Below, piece after piece: positions 9,683-19,425 of a stretch of 64,000 nucleotides of DNA. The notes under the pieces are model-generated. The model worked only from the letters and a program-made list of their open reading frames with translations, had not been told where the DNA came from and searched no databases. Origin of the DNA: an uncultured cyanobacterium (GTDB taxonomy: Bacteria > Cyanobacteriota > Cyanobacteriia > Cyanobacteriales > Nostocaceae); the NCBI GenBank assembly GCA_963740315.1, contig CAVUDP010000001.1:1568001-1632000 (forward strand), written 5' to 3'. Numbering within the stretch: the stretch's first letter is position 1; each line of letters begins with the position of its first letter. Position numbers and translations under genes: made by a program.

Positions 9683-9931
9683 ATCAAAGTTCCAACTTCA
9701 ATCTAGAAACTCAAGAATAACCTATCATAACTTAGGGTGTCTATCTACTCATCTCTTGGAAAACACTGCAAATTTCGGGAAACTTAGTTTATCTGCTACA
9801 AAAAAGTAGTAAAACTCTCTTTCCTTCAGGATTATGGGCATGATTTGTTAGATACATTCAGTACGGGGAGGAATCTCCCCACTACTGGGTGATATTTACA
9901 AATCATCCAATAACTATTTGGAGGAGCTACA

Positions 9932-10285
9932 ATGTTTAAATTTTTGTTTGATTGTTCGGCATTTGAAATTTCTACTACCATTCAAACTATCAACAATATC
10001 TTATTTCCGGTTGTTTTGTTTGCCATTATCTTTATTGTAATGTGCGAAATTTTCTTAGTTGATATTGCAATTGATGACAAATTACCAATGATAGATACAC
10101 AATTCATCCCTGGTGTTGTCAGAACTCAAACTGATGAGAACATTCCTTATCAAGAAGATGAACCAAACGTAGAAAACTTGCTTTCTAATATGGAAGTAAA
10201 AATCGGCAACTACAAAACTGAAATGGAAGTGCTTGATATTGATAGAGAACAAATCGATGTTCGCCCTGGTCGAACAACAAGTTAA
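9932..10285 (+). CDS. Small single-TM hypothetical protein
   Basis: GGAGG RBS; one TM helix and an acidic tail. Confidence 0.6.
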   Translation: MFKFLFDCSAFEISTTIQTINNILFPVVLFAIIFIVMCEIFLVDIAIDDKLPMIDTQFIPGVVRTQTDENIPYQEDEPNVENLLSNMEVKIGNYKTEMEVLDIDREQIDVRPGRTTS

Positions 10286-10372
10286 ACACGTAGAAATATT
10301 GGCGATTAGTGATTGAAAAGCCTCGGCATTTTAATTGGGATTTATTTCATCCGAAAAAACTTAATAGTTGAC

Positions 10373-11931
10373 CTAATAAACTAGCTTATTGTCAATGTAA
10401 GCAATGGACGATAAGTCAACAAGTACATTTCCTAATTCCTTCGGCTCCAATTTGTGTAAACCACCTCCGTACACCCGACCTCCAGAAATTAAAGCTTCGT
10501 CGGAAATATTTTTTAAAGCAAGCCACACATCCTTTTTCAGTGAAGGCTGACGCGAAAAAGCTTCATTTAAAATAGGTTTTGGGTATAACATCAAGTAAAC
10601 ATTAGTGGCGATCGCCATAGAATGATTCAGGATAAATCGGAACGGTTTTCTGCGACTGCTATTAGTTCGTCCCATGTAAGTGCAGAGGAATGGAGTCGGA
10701 GAGCGATTTTCTTGAGAGTACCAAGGAGTGCGATGTTTACACAAGTAGCGGGAACTAATACCGCTGTCTTCACCTATCTGGAGATATTGCCAAAGCGTAG
10801 GATAGTTATTTTGTATTTCAGGTAAAGGCAAATTACAATCAAGTAAGAATAACTGTTGTTCTAAAAGGGGATTACCAAGTATGTCAGCTTCAATTTCTTC
10901 TACTAATAAATAGCGAGGACTTGGTAAAATTGGTTTCAAAAACTGAGTAGGAATTTGATGAGCAGTAACTTGTTCTTTGGTTAGGACGAAAAAAATTATT
11001 GGCTCCCGTTGCTAATCCGCGTTTAATATTGAATAAATCTTTTAATTTAAATTGTTTGGAATTGAAGTTTGTTGGTTTAAGTACTAATCCAATACTAGTC
11101 CACTTGGAAGTATTTCGTAATGTGTCAGATGTAACTAAATTTCTTTCTTTAGGTGCTGTAAAACTACCGCCATAGGTAAACTCAATTGTATGATTCTAGT
11201 GATGGCAAAGTTTTTTTTAACCAAATAATTGTACTTGATACCAACGCATCATCAAACTGCACTTTATTTGGACAAAAACGATGAACGCACATTAACGTTA
11301 CATTATTAAGTAAATAATCTTTTACTTCTTGTCCGTAATTGACATCCATAAATCCACTCGGTATCAGCCATCCAGCAGTTCCATTTTCCGCCATCCAGGC
11401 ATCTGCAATACACAAGAAATGGCAATATAAACTTGCTAACTGACTTAGTTTAATTCCAGCTATCGTTAGGCTTTTATTTTGTAGTCTTAGTTTATCGCTA
11501 CGGTTTAAATGATGGTGGCGGACATAAGGTGGATTACAAATAATTAAATTAGCTTTTTTCTCTTGATTTTTTGGTGGTAAAGCTTTTGTAAAATCACTAA
11601 TATTGATTATTAACGATGTATTTTTCCACAGTGAAATTGCCTCATCACCATAGTGGGAATCAATTTCATATCCTACGGCAGATTCAATTTTCGATTGAGG
11701 AAATAGTTGCAGCAGTGCAGAGTAAAATGCACCAGTACCAAATGCAGGGTCAAGAAATTTTATTTTTTGATTTTGTAATAGTAAATTCTTAGAGTATTCT
11801 ATAATTTCGATCGCCAATTCTGTTGGCGTAGCAAATTGACCAAGCTTATTACGTTCAATTTGAGTTTTTTTCGCGTCAAGTTCATTTTGACGTTGTATTC
11901 TCGTTTCTTCTGTTAACTTAGTAACATTCAT
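10373..11931 (-). pseudogene. Type II N6-adenine DNA methyltransferase (gamma class) with two frameshifts
   Basis: LDPAFGTGAF and NPPY motifs. A bridging frame (NHTIEFTYGGS...IKRGLATGANNFF) joins ORFs 11182-11931 and 10373-10939; shifts at about 11196 and in the A7 run at 10989-10995. Confidence 0.88.
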
Positions 11932-12005
11932 ATATTAAATAAAGCTAAATCATCGACGCGATTTTCCCATACCCAATCAATTCCTTCTGCTGCTTCATAT
12001 GCTAA
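11928..12005 (-). pseudogene. 3' remnant of a XamI-family restriction endonuclease
   Basis: Translates LAYEAAEGIDWVWENRVDDLALFNI*, recalled as the XamI-family C-terminus; ATGA overlap with the MTase start. Confidence 0.7.
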
Positions 12006-12084
12006 ATCCAAAACTATTAATGACCTGGAGCAAATTGACTATCAGCAAAGAGAATCTGATAAAAATGAGTTACGGTCTTTGCTG

Positions 12085-12196
12085 TTAATAAATAACCACG
12101 TTTCCCAATTCCTTCGGTTCTAATTTGTCTAAACCACCTCTGTACACCCGACCTCCGTAAATTAGAGTTTCATCGGAAATATTCTTTAAAGTAAGC
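12085..12196 (-). pseudogene. Second, diverged copy of the methyltransferase 3' end
   Basis: LTLKNISDETLIYGGRVYRGGLDKLEPKELGNV versus LALKNISDEALISGGRVYGGGLHKLEPKELGNV at about 10425-10523. Confidence 0.85.
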
Positions 12197-12239
12197 TATA
12201 AAGACTTGCTTACATTTCTACAGCAAAAAAATTTACTTT

Positions 12240-15200
12240 CTAACCATCTGTTTCCTGCAAACAAGCAAAATATTCTAAAAGCGAACGATGGTAGAAGATG
12301 TAACCTCCACCAGATTTTTGTAGTAAAATCCGTTCCGTAGCATAGTCAAGAAAGCTGGCACAGTTAAAGGGGATATAGCCATTCACCCACAAAATAAATC
12401 TCAATACCAAATGTTTTATTACAATTAAGCCAGAAAATTGTCCACCAGCCAATCCCGCAAGCAATCCAACAGTGAAACTAATGCTAATCGTCTCACGAAT
12501 ATTTTCTGAATAAGGAATACTTCCAATCATTCCTATTGGAAAAAAAGTTATAAACAAAAGTATTGAATATCTAGCCGAACGAATTATACCTTGATTGGGT
12601 AAAGTTGTTTTTTCTATTTCTTTGCCTTTATCTAATCCACCAATAATTCCAGAGACTAAAGAAAAAAGTAGTAGTTCATATATCAGATACTGCCAACCAT
12701 TTACTCTAAAATATCTGTCAGTAAAAATTAAGCGTATTCCAACATAAACTGAACCTAAAAATAATCCATATTTGGTAAATATGAAGGCTCTAGAATATGA
12801 CCATCTAATAGTATCTACTATTTGAATATCTATATTACTTAAACCTATTTCTAAAAATAAACCAAAAACAACTCCGTTAATAAGCAACGTGGATAATAAA
12901 ATCATATGACCACCAGTTTCATCGAGAGGAATATGGTGCCATATCATCAAAGAGGTCAAACCAGAGTACATTAGACCGCAGAATATTCCTAATAATCGTC
13001 CCTGTAACAGCCCAGATAAAAGTGCAAATATTACGGCAGATATTATTGAAGGTATGATTAAAGGAGTAAAATATACTAAATTGGTTGTTACTTGCGTAGC
13101 AAAGTAAAATGCCATCGCGAGCCCAGCAAGTATTCCAAAAATTAACCTTACGCCAAAATTATATGCTAATTTTTGAAAATTTGTTTGCAACCAATCTGGC
13201 TGCATCTGTTCAATGAGATATTTACTTTGAGAACTTTCTTCCATTCTCTTAGCTAACCATATTAAATAATTTAGAGAGTTTTTTTTTGAATATTTATGAC
13301 CTATATTGCGTCGTTCAAACATCCGAAATATATAATTTTTAAATAGATTTTGACGGCTTTCTTCTACTGAATTAATTGCTCGCAACTCTTCCAAGGACAT
13401 CTCCCGACAAGCAATGGTGATAATATTCAGCATCAGAGGATTTTTTGCTAAGGAAAGTAGTTTTTCATCTTCTTGTAACAATATTTTTACTGCTTCAAGT
13501 TGTTTTCCTCCTTGCTGTAAATAACGGTGAATTTGTTCTTTTGTTAAAGATTGAATATAAATTGCTGCTTGAAACTGAAATTTTTCTGCGATGCTATTGT
13601 AATCGTGAATGCGACTACAGACAATTACTTCTGTTTCTGGGTGCTTTCGGATAAATTGATTAATTGCTGCTAGACATGACGAGCGTTGTTCTTCTTTCAC
13701 CTCATCCAAGCCATCAAGTAAAAGTAATAATTTTTGATTTTCTACCCAAGCCTTTGCTTGAGACTTGGGAATTTGATACTCTTCATAAAGCTTGTTAATT
13801 AACCAATTCGCAAAATTTTTAGTTCCTAAAAAACTACTCCAACTTGAAAGATTTAGCATTACAGGAATAGGTAAAACTTCATCTTCCCGAGCATCAGCAA
13901 TCAAATCGCGAGCAATTTCTAAAAGTGTTGTGGTTTTACCAGAACCAGGTTCTCCTAAAATCAGTAATGTTCTTCCTGCTATAGTTTCGTCATCATTGTT
14001 CAACTCGTCGAATACATCAATTGCTCTTGTACCTAAAGGAAGGTTTAGTCTATGTTGTGATGGTGTTTCAAATGTAATTCTACTGGGTAAATTTAAAGCA
14101 TCGGGATGTTCTTCTAAACCTAATTCAATTTTTAATTGACTTTGTAATTGGTTTTGTAAAATCGGTTTTACCCACAAATTATTAACTTTACTGAGCAAAA
14201 TTCCACGATTTTTTAATTCCTGTGCTGACATAGGAACCCGATGACAAGCTGTCGAAATTCTGCTTCGGGTGCGTCGGATTTGTTTCCATGCGATAGTTCT
14301 TCCACCGGAATTGTCTACAATCGTGGGTAAAGCTGTTACTCCAGGTAATTTTTTCTCTAATCCTTCAAGCTGTAACTTTTCTCTTGCTTCTCGCACTGAT
14401 TGGTATAAGGAATTGTCAGAAGCAAAAGACTCAAGGAAATAAAATAAAAATTGCTGTGCAACTTTATCGGGAACTGGTTCTCGCCATACAATAATTTGAG
14501 GAATACTTAAATCGGAAATTGCTTGAGCTAAACCCAATCCATCGCAAGAATTGAAAATGACTAACTGCAATCCTTTATCAGTAGCTGTTCTCAAAGCATT
14601 TTTGAGTTCTTTGATTTCCAGCCCTTCTTCTTCGGAGTTAATATATAGCCAGCCGGTTGAGCAATCTTCCCCGCTGTTGCTATGACCAGAAAAGCAGAAA
14701 ATATCTATAGTGTCATGCCAAAGTTCTGTAAATTCTGACCGTTTTGGTTGGTGTAAAAATCTGGGGGAAGCTCCTTTTGTTCGTAAGTCTTTGATAATTT
14801 TTTGGTCAGTTTGTATATCAATATCTTTTATAAATTCACTACTATTATTATTTCCAAAAATTCCTAAGACTCTAACTCTTCTAAGTCTGGTATTTTCGCT
14901 CGTAAAACTGTTATTTGTATTGATAAGTCTAGGTTTAAATTCGTTTAAACTGATAGAAAATTCAATTTTGTAGTGATTGGGAAATATATTCCACCAATGC
15001 CAGGGAAGTCTGTGTAAAATATTTTTAGTTTCAGGTGATGATACTTCAGAAGTTTGAATTACAAAACTAACTTCGTCTTGAGGAGTTAATTGCAGAGCTT
15101 GTGTTAAATCGTTTTTAGTTGGAATAAATATTTCTGAATCCAGCCAATGATTTAAATAATCGCGTAAAACAGCAGTATCGCTTCTAAAGTCTTTAATTGA

Positions 15201-15455
15201 AACATGAGTAACCTGAGCATCTACAAAACCTCTTTGAAAATTAAATGCTGGCAGGTTATTTAGTAAATTTTGATATTTGCTGCGCCAATTTTGGAATGAA
15301 TTGGCTATGTATGGAGCGGTTGGTAAACTTCCTGTTAATTGCTTAAAATCTTTTGAATTATTTTTATGAGTTGGATAAACCAGAATGTTAATTCTCTCGA
15401 ACCCTTGCTTGAAGAAATCGCCATCACACGGCTGAAAAATAACCAGTTTTTCCAT
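12240..15455 (-). CDS. CHAT (caspase-like) + NACHT NTPase + multi-TM protein
   Basis: CHAT dyad FSGHS and FNSCDG; Walker A GEPGSGKT, Walker B LLLLDGLDE; C-terminal TM helices and GGGYIF.H motif. Confidence 0.9.
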   Translation of the reverse strand: MEKLVIFQPCDGDFFKQGFERINILVYPTHKNNSKDFKQLTGSLPTAPYIANSFQNWRSKYQNLLNNLPAFNFQRGFVDAQVTHVSIKDFRSDTAVLRDYLNHWLDSEIFIPTKNDLTQALQLTPQDEVSFVIQTSEVSSPETKNILHRLPWHWWNIFPNHYKIEFSISLNEFKPRLINTNNSFTSENTRLRRVRVLGIFGNNNSSEFIKDIDIQTDQKIIKDLRTKGASPRFLHQPKRSEFTELWHDTIDIFCFSGHSNSGEDCSTGWLYINSEEEGLEIKELKNALRTATDKGLQLVIFNSCDGLGLAQAISDLSIPQIIVWREPVPDKVAQQFLFYFLESFASDNSLYQSVREAREKLQLEGLEKKLPGVTALPTIVDNSGGRTIAWKQIRRTRSRISTACHRVPMSAQELKNRGILLSKVNNLWVKPILQNQLQSQLKIELGLEEHPDALNLPSRITFETPSQHRLNLPLGTRAIDVFDELNNDDETIAGRTLLILGEPGSGKTTTLLEIARDLIADAREDEVLPIPVMLNLSSWSSFLGTKNFANWLINKLYEEYQIPKSQAKAWVENQKLLLLLDGLDEVKEEQRSSCLAAINQFIRKHPETEVIVCSRIHDYNSIAEKFQFQAAIYIQSLTKEQIHRYLQQGGKQLEAVKILLQEDEKLLSLAKNPLMLNIITIACREMSLEELRAINSVEESRQNLFKNYIFRMFERRNIGHKYSKKNSLNYLIWLAKRMEESSQSKYLIEQMQPDWLQTNFQKLAYNFGVRLIFGILAGLAMAFYFATQVTTNLVYFTPLIIPSIISAVIFALLSGLLQGRLLGIFCGLMYSGLTSLMIWHHIPLDETGGHMILLSTLLINGVVFGLFLEIGLSNIDIQIVDTIRWSYSRAFIFTKYGLFLGSVYVGIRLIFTDRYFRVNGWQYLIYELLLFSLVSGIIGGLDKGKEIEKTTLPNQGIIRSARYSILLFITFFPIGMIGSIPYSENIRETISISFTVGLLAGLAGGQFSGLIVIKHLVLRFILWVNGYIPFNCASFLDYATERILLQKSGGGYIFYHRSLLEYFACLQETDG

Positions 15456-15574
15456 AAGTCATGTTTTGGTAGACACTGCACACCTCTTTTTATGAATCTG
15501 GCTAGGGAGTCTCAGCGAATTAGATCCATCTCATAAAATCAAATTTTCCTCCACGAACTAATACTGTTTTCCAG

Positions 15575-16495
15575 TTAGATAATAAAACTTTCGTTAAAAA
15601 CAGCATCACCTAACGAGATTTGAACGGTAAACTGGCTTTTAGAAGGTTCAATAAATCTTAGTTGGATTATATTGTCAGCTTCTCTTGCCTTTATTTCCGC
15701 TGTTTCAGACTCCAGCATAACTTTTAATCCTATACCAAGAGGTAGGTATTCATCTCTATCCATAGGAATAACTTGTACGAGTATATTAGTTTTATCTTCC
15801 ATTTCTGGCTGAATAGTAATAACTAAAGCAACGGATTTATTATTTAGTAATACTCCAAAGTCAATTTGTTTAGTTCGACTTATCGGTGGATTTTTTTTGC
15901 TACTTCTAGCACTTCCTAAAGCTATTTTTTCTCTTCTATAAGCTAATACTGTTTCTGTGGGTTGCCAGTCTTGATGAAAAATCCCTTCTAGCCAATGGCT
16001 TAGTTCAACTTTACGTATATTTCTTTGTAGTAATTGAGGCAATTCTTCTAACGGACGTAATTGAGAACGAGTAATTTTTTTGGTTGCTGGTTTTTCAATA
16101 AATCCTAATAATTTAGCTTCTGTAGCAATTTCTTCGATTTCAACAGCAATACAGTAATTACTTTCAAACCAAACTTCTGCCGGAATATGAATAAATTCTT
16201 CATCTGGATATACAGGTCTACATTCAATCTTGCCATAGTTGATTATTTGTAAATCTGCTGCATCCATAAGAGTTTGCCAGATATAATCCCAGCTATTACT
16301 AGCCTCTAAGTCAGTTTCAAATCCTAAATGCTGTAAATATAAGTTAACAGCATAAACTGCTAATGAATTTCGATATACTTGCTCGCCTTTTTTTTTATTC
16401 TCTTGATAGTGCTGAAATTTCTCTGCTATGGATTGAGCTTCTAGGGGCAATATTATTTTAGAACCAAAAGATTCATTGGGATTAATCATAGCCAA
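15575..16495 (-). CDS. DUF1822-family protein
   Basis: KGEQVYRNSLAVYAVNLYL, DAADL...GKIECRPV, LSHWLEGIF..DWQ, AREADN.IQL motifs. Confidence 0.88.
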   Translation of the reverse strand: MAMINPNESFGSKIILPLEAQSIAEKFQHYQENKKKGEQVYRNSLAVYAVNLYLQHLGFETDLEASNSWDYIWQTLMDAADLQIINYGKIECRPVYPDEEFIHIPAEVWFESNYCIAVEIEEIATEAKLLGFIEKPATKKITRSQLRPLEELPQLLQRNIRKVELSHWLEGIFHQDWQPTETVLAYRREKIALGSARSSKKNPPISRTKQIDFGVLLNNKSVALVITIQPEMEDKTNILVQVIPMDRDEYLPLGIGLKVMLESETAEIKAREADNIIQLRFIEPSKSQFTVQISLGDAVFNESFII

Positions 16496-16518
16496 CTCAT
16501 GTTTTTGTAAAGTGAATT

Positions 16519-17409
16519 TTAAATATTTTTTTTAATATAATTTCTATATTTATCAATACAGCGTTTCTGTAGAGTATATAAAGATTGCAGTGGTACATCA
16601 AAATTGTCTGCAATTTCTTTCATTTTGTTCCCATCGCGCAACGAAAGTACAATTTCTCTAAAGTTTGCTTGTGGTTTATTTTTGATATGTTCGCTTCTAA
16701 AAACCCCCATTTCGTCTTGTTCAATTAGATTTATAATCTTTGCTGACAATGGAACTTCTTCACCCGAAGTAATGGTATTAGTATAATCATTGCTCTCTTC
16801 CTGATTTCGATTATCTTCAATAAGTAGTAATTCAGGAGATGTTTTATTGTACTTATCGAGAGCTTTTTTAAAGAGATTAGTTGAGCAGCCATTAAGCCAA
16901 GCCATAAAGCGACTAAGATTTTCATCACTTATATTCTGGCTTTTATCATATTCAAAGTTACTAATTTTTTTACAGATAAAACGCCATATCTGCATCTCGT
17001 ATTCATGGACAATATCCTGATAAAATTTTGAAGTTCGATAGTTTATATAAGGACGCTTCATCTTACCGGAGATGCGAGTCGCATAAAACAATTGTTGACA
17101 AGCAGATAAATATATTTTTGTTTCAGGTGGATAAAGTTGTTGAGTATTTAGTAATTGACCAATTGCTTTCGCATTAATGGCTAAAATATCAATTTTTTGA
17201 TATATTCGCTGCTTCAATAAATTATCTAAAGGTAATTTGATAAATAATTTTTGCAGTTCGTTTTCATCACATACATTAGATGCTTCCTGTAAAAGTATCT
17301 GGTATACCTGACCATAAATTTCTTGATGAATATCAGGAATTCGTTTTCTAACCTCACAGTAAAGTCTGTGAGATTGTAGAGATTTACTAATTAGAGATTC
17401 TAACTCCAT
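16519..17409 (-). CDS. Sigma-70-like / HetZ-related transcriptional regulator
   Basis: Region-2-like FICKKI..F....FMAWLN and C-terminal HTH (D..G.FRSEHIKNKPQANF...MKEIADNFDVPLQSL....RC); position upstream of DUF1822. ATG at 17409 preferred. Confidence 0.75.
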   Translation of the reverse strand: MELESLISKSLQSHRLYCEVRKRIPDIHQEIYGQVYQILLQEASNVCDENELQKLFIKLPLDNLLKQRIYQKIDILAINAKAIGQLLNTQQLYPPETKIYLSACQQLFYATRISGKMKRPYINYRTSKFYQDIVHEYEMQIWRFICKKISNFEYDKSQNISDENLSRFMAWLNGCSTNLFKKALDKYNKTSPELLLIEDNRNQEESNDYTNTITSGEEVPLSAKIINLIEQDEMGVFRSEHIKNKPQANFREIVLSLRDGNKMKEIADNFDVPLQSLYTLQKRCIDKYRNYIKKNI

Positions 17410-18157
17410 TGGGAAGGCTCTTGCTAACAAGACGCTATAACTACTAATTCCGACTTATGCGTCTATTATTCTGTAAATAAAAATCAACAAATGTTAAGAA
17501 AAAGTTTACATAAAAAATGAATTAGTCAGTGGAATTAGTAAGTTAAGTTCCAATTTGACCTTAATTTCACTCAAAGGAGGGTTTTATGTACAAGTTCCGA
17601 AAAATAATTTCAGTTGTGACTCTATCACCGATGGGATTTGATATGAATAAAAAATAAATGTGATTTAGAAAACAAAACCTAAATATTTTAACAGACCTAA
17701 TAGCTTATAAATTATGGGTAATTTTTGTGTTGCCAATTTTTCTTTAATTCTCAATACTTGTTTCATGAATGTTTTGTAAATATGCCTAAAGGTAGATGAG
17801 AAAAATTATGTTATACTACAAACTTTTTGTTGCAATGTATTTAGGTCAAATAAAGAAAAGATTAAATTCTGCCAATTCAGCAAAACTAAGATGATAATTG
17901 GTTGTCAGTAAATTTATTTACCTCGTACTGACAGTCATTCTTTATAGTTAAGAATGATATTGATATTCTGCCGCAGCCTTGCATATATCAGATATCAGAG
18001 GAATTTTTATCCAAAAAATCTACATATGTATTGATTTGGAGTCAGTTAGATATTTACAGATTATCTTTCGAGTTAATCCTTTTTCAGCTTTTAATTTCGC
18101 TATTATATTTGATTAAATACTGAGTAAAATACGGAACAAGTGTATTTATGAATTTAT

Positions 18158-19393
18158 ATGGTTAATCAATTTTATTCCACACCATCTATAGACCCATTGC
18201 ATCGTTTGAACGTTCGCGATGGTTTGATAGTTAATGCAGAACGCTGGGAATTAGCTCATTACTATCATAGACATCGACAAAACATTCACTATCAATCACT
18301 TAACGAACCTGGAATCGTTTGTGGTTTGGGAATTCAGATAATCGAAGCTCCTAAAACAAGTCGAGCAAATTTACAAAAACAAGGTCGCTGGCTGAAAATA
18401 CAGCCAGGTATAGCTATCGATATAGAAGGTAATCCCATCGTAGTGGATGAAAATAAAAATATAGATAGAAGCTTTCCGTTTGTAAATCCTAAAATATCAA
18501 ATAAAAATTTTGATGAAGAAATTACAGTCTATTTGGTTGTTAGTTATGAAGATAATCAGACGCTGTTAGAAGAAGAAGGCTGGAAAGAAAGAGAATGGTT
18601 TAAATTTGACCAACAATTAGAACCACCGAATGAAACACAAATAGAATTGTGTCGGATTAAATTACGAGTTGAAGATATAGCATTAGATAGATTCGAGCTA
18701 AAAAAACCACAAAACGTATTTTTCCCAGAGATAAATGAAATAGATTTACGTTATCGTCCACAAGCTAAAGCTAGACCCCAAGCATTAGTTAATATTGCTA
18801 CGACTGCTCCTCAATCTGACGAATCGTTCTATCAAAATACAAATAAAAATTTAAGATACCTTATGCAGTCTTTGAGCGTTCTTTATCCTAATTTGCAAGG
18901 TAGTAAGGAAATAACGGAAGATATTTTAGCAAAACCTTTAGAGTTAAAAAATACTGATTTAATTTATATTCCTTCTTGGCAAATCAATAATTTGTATATT
19001 ATGGATTCTAGAAAAAAAGCCTTAGATGAATATCGTAAATTAGGTGGAATGATTCTAATTGAAGCAAATTATGGAGCGACTTTAGAAGATATATATAACA
19101 CAGTAGCTCAATTATTTGAAATTTCTAGTAATTCATGGCAAGAATGGCATAATTTATCTGAAGCACATTCTTTTAAAACTCAACCATTTTTATTTACAGC
19201 ATTACCCGAATATATCAAAAATATCTATTACTCCAAAGGAATTATTGTAGTACTTGGTGATTTATCAAAAGCTTGGGGTGGTCAAATTGAACATTCAAAT
19301 CGAAATGATATTCGTACCGCTCAAGAATTAGGTATTAATATGCTCAATTTTGCTTGGAAACGACGAAATATGATGAAATTACTCTCTTATTAA
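18158..19393 (+). CDS. CIS-associated protein: baseplate/fibre-attachment N-terminal domain + DUF4159-like C-terminal domain
   Basis: RL.V.DGL......W.....YH, PGIVCGL, IQPGIAID.EG..IVV; C-terminal GDLS.AWG...R..IRTAQELGINML. Confidence 0.7.
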   Translation: MVNQFYSTPSIDPLHRLNVRDGLIVNAERWELAHYYHRHRQNIHYQSLNEPGIVCGLGIQIIEAPKTSRANLQKQGRWLKIQPGIAIDIEGNPIVVDENKNIDRSFPFVNPKISNKNFDEEITVYLVVSYEDNQTLLEEEGWKEREWFKFDQQLEPPNETQIELCRIKLRVEDIALDRFELKKPQNVFFPEINEIDLRYRPQAKARPQALVNIATTAPQSDESFYQNTNKNLRYLMQSLSVLYPNLQGSKEITEDILAKPLELKNTDLIYIPSWQINNLYIMDSRKKALDEYRKLGGMILIEANYGATLEDIYNTVAQLFEISSNSWQEWHNLSEAHSFKTQPFLFTALPEYIKNIYYSKGIIVVLGDLSKAWGGQIEHSNRNDIRTAQELGINMLNFAWKRRNMMKLLSY

Positions 19394-19425
19394 TATTTAG
19401 TTTAAAGTATGTAAGGTTTAATAAA

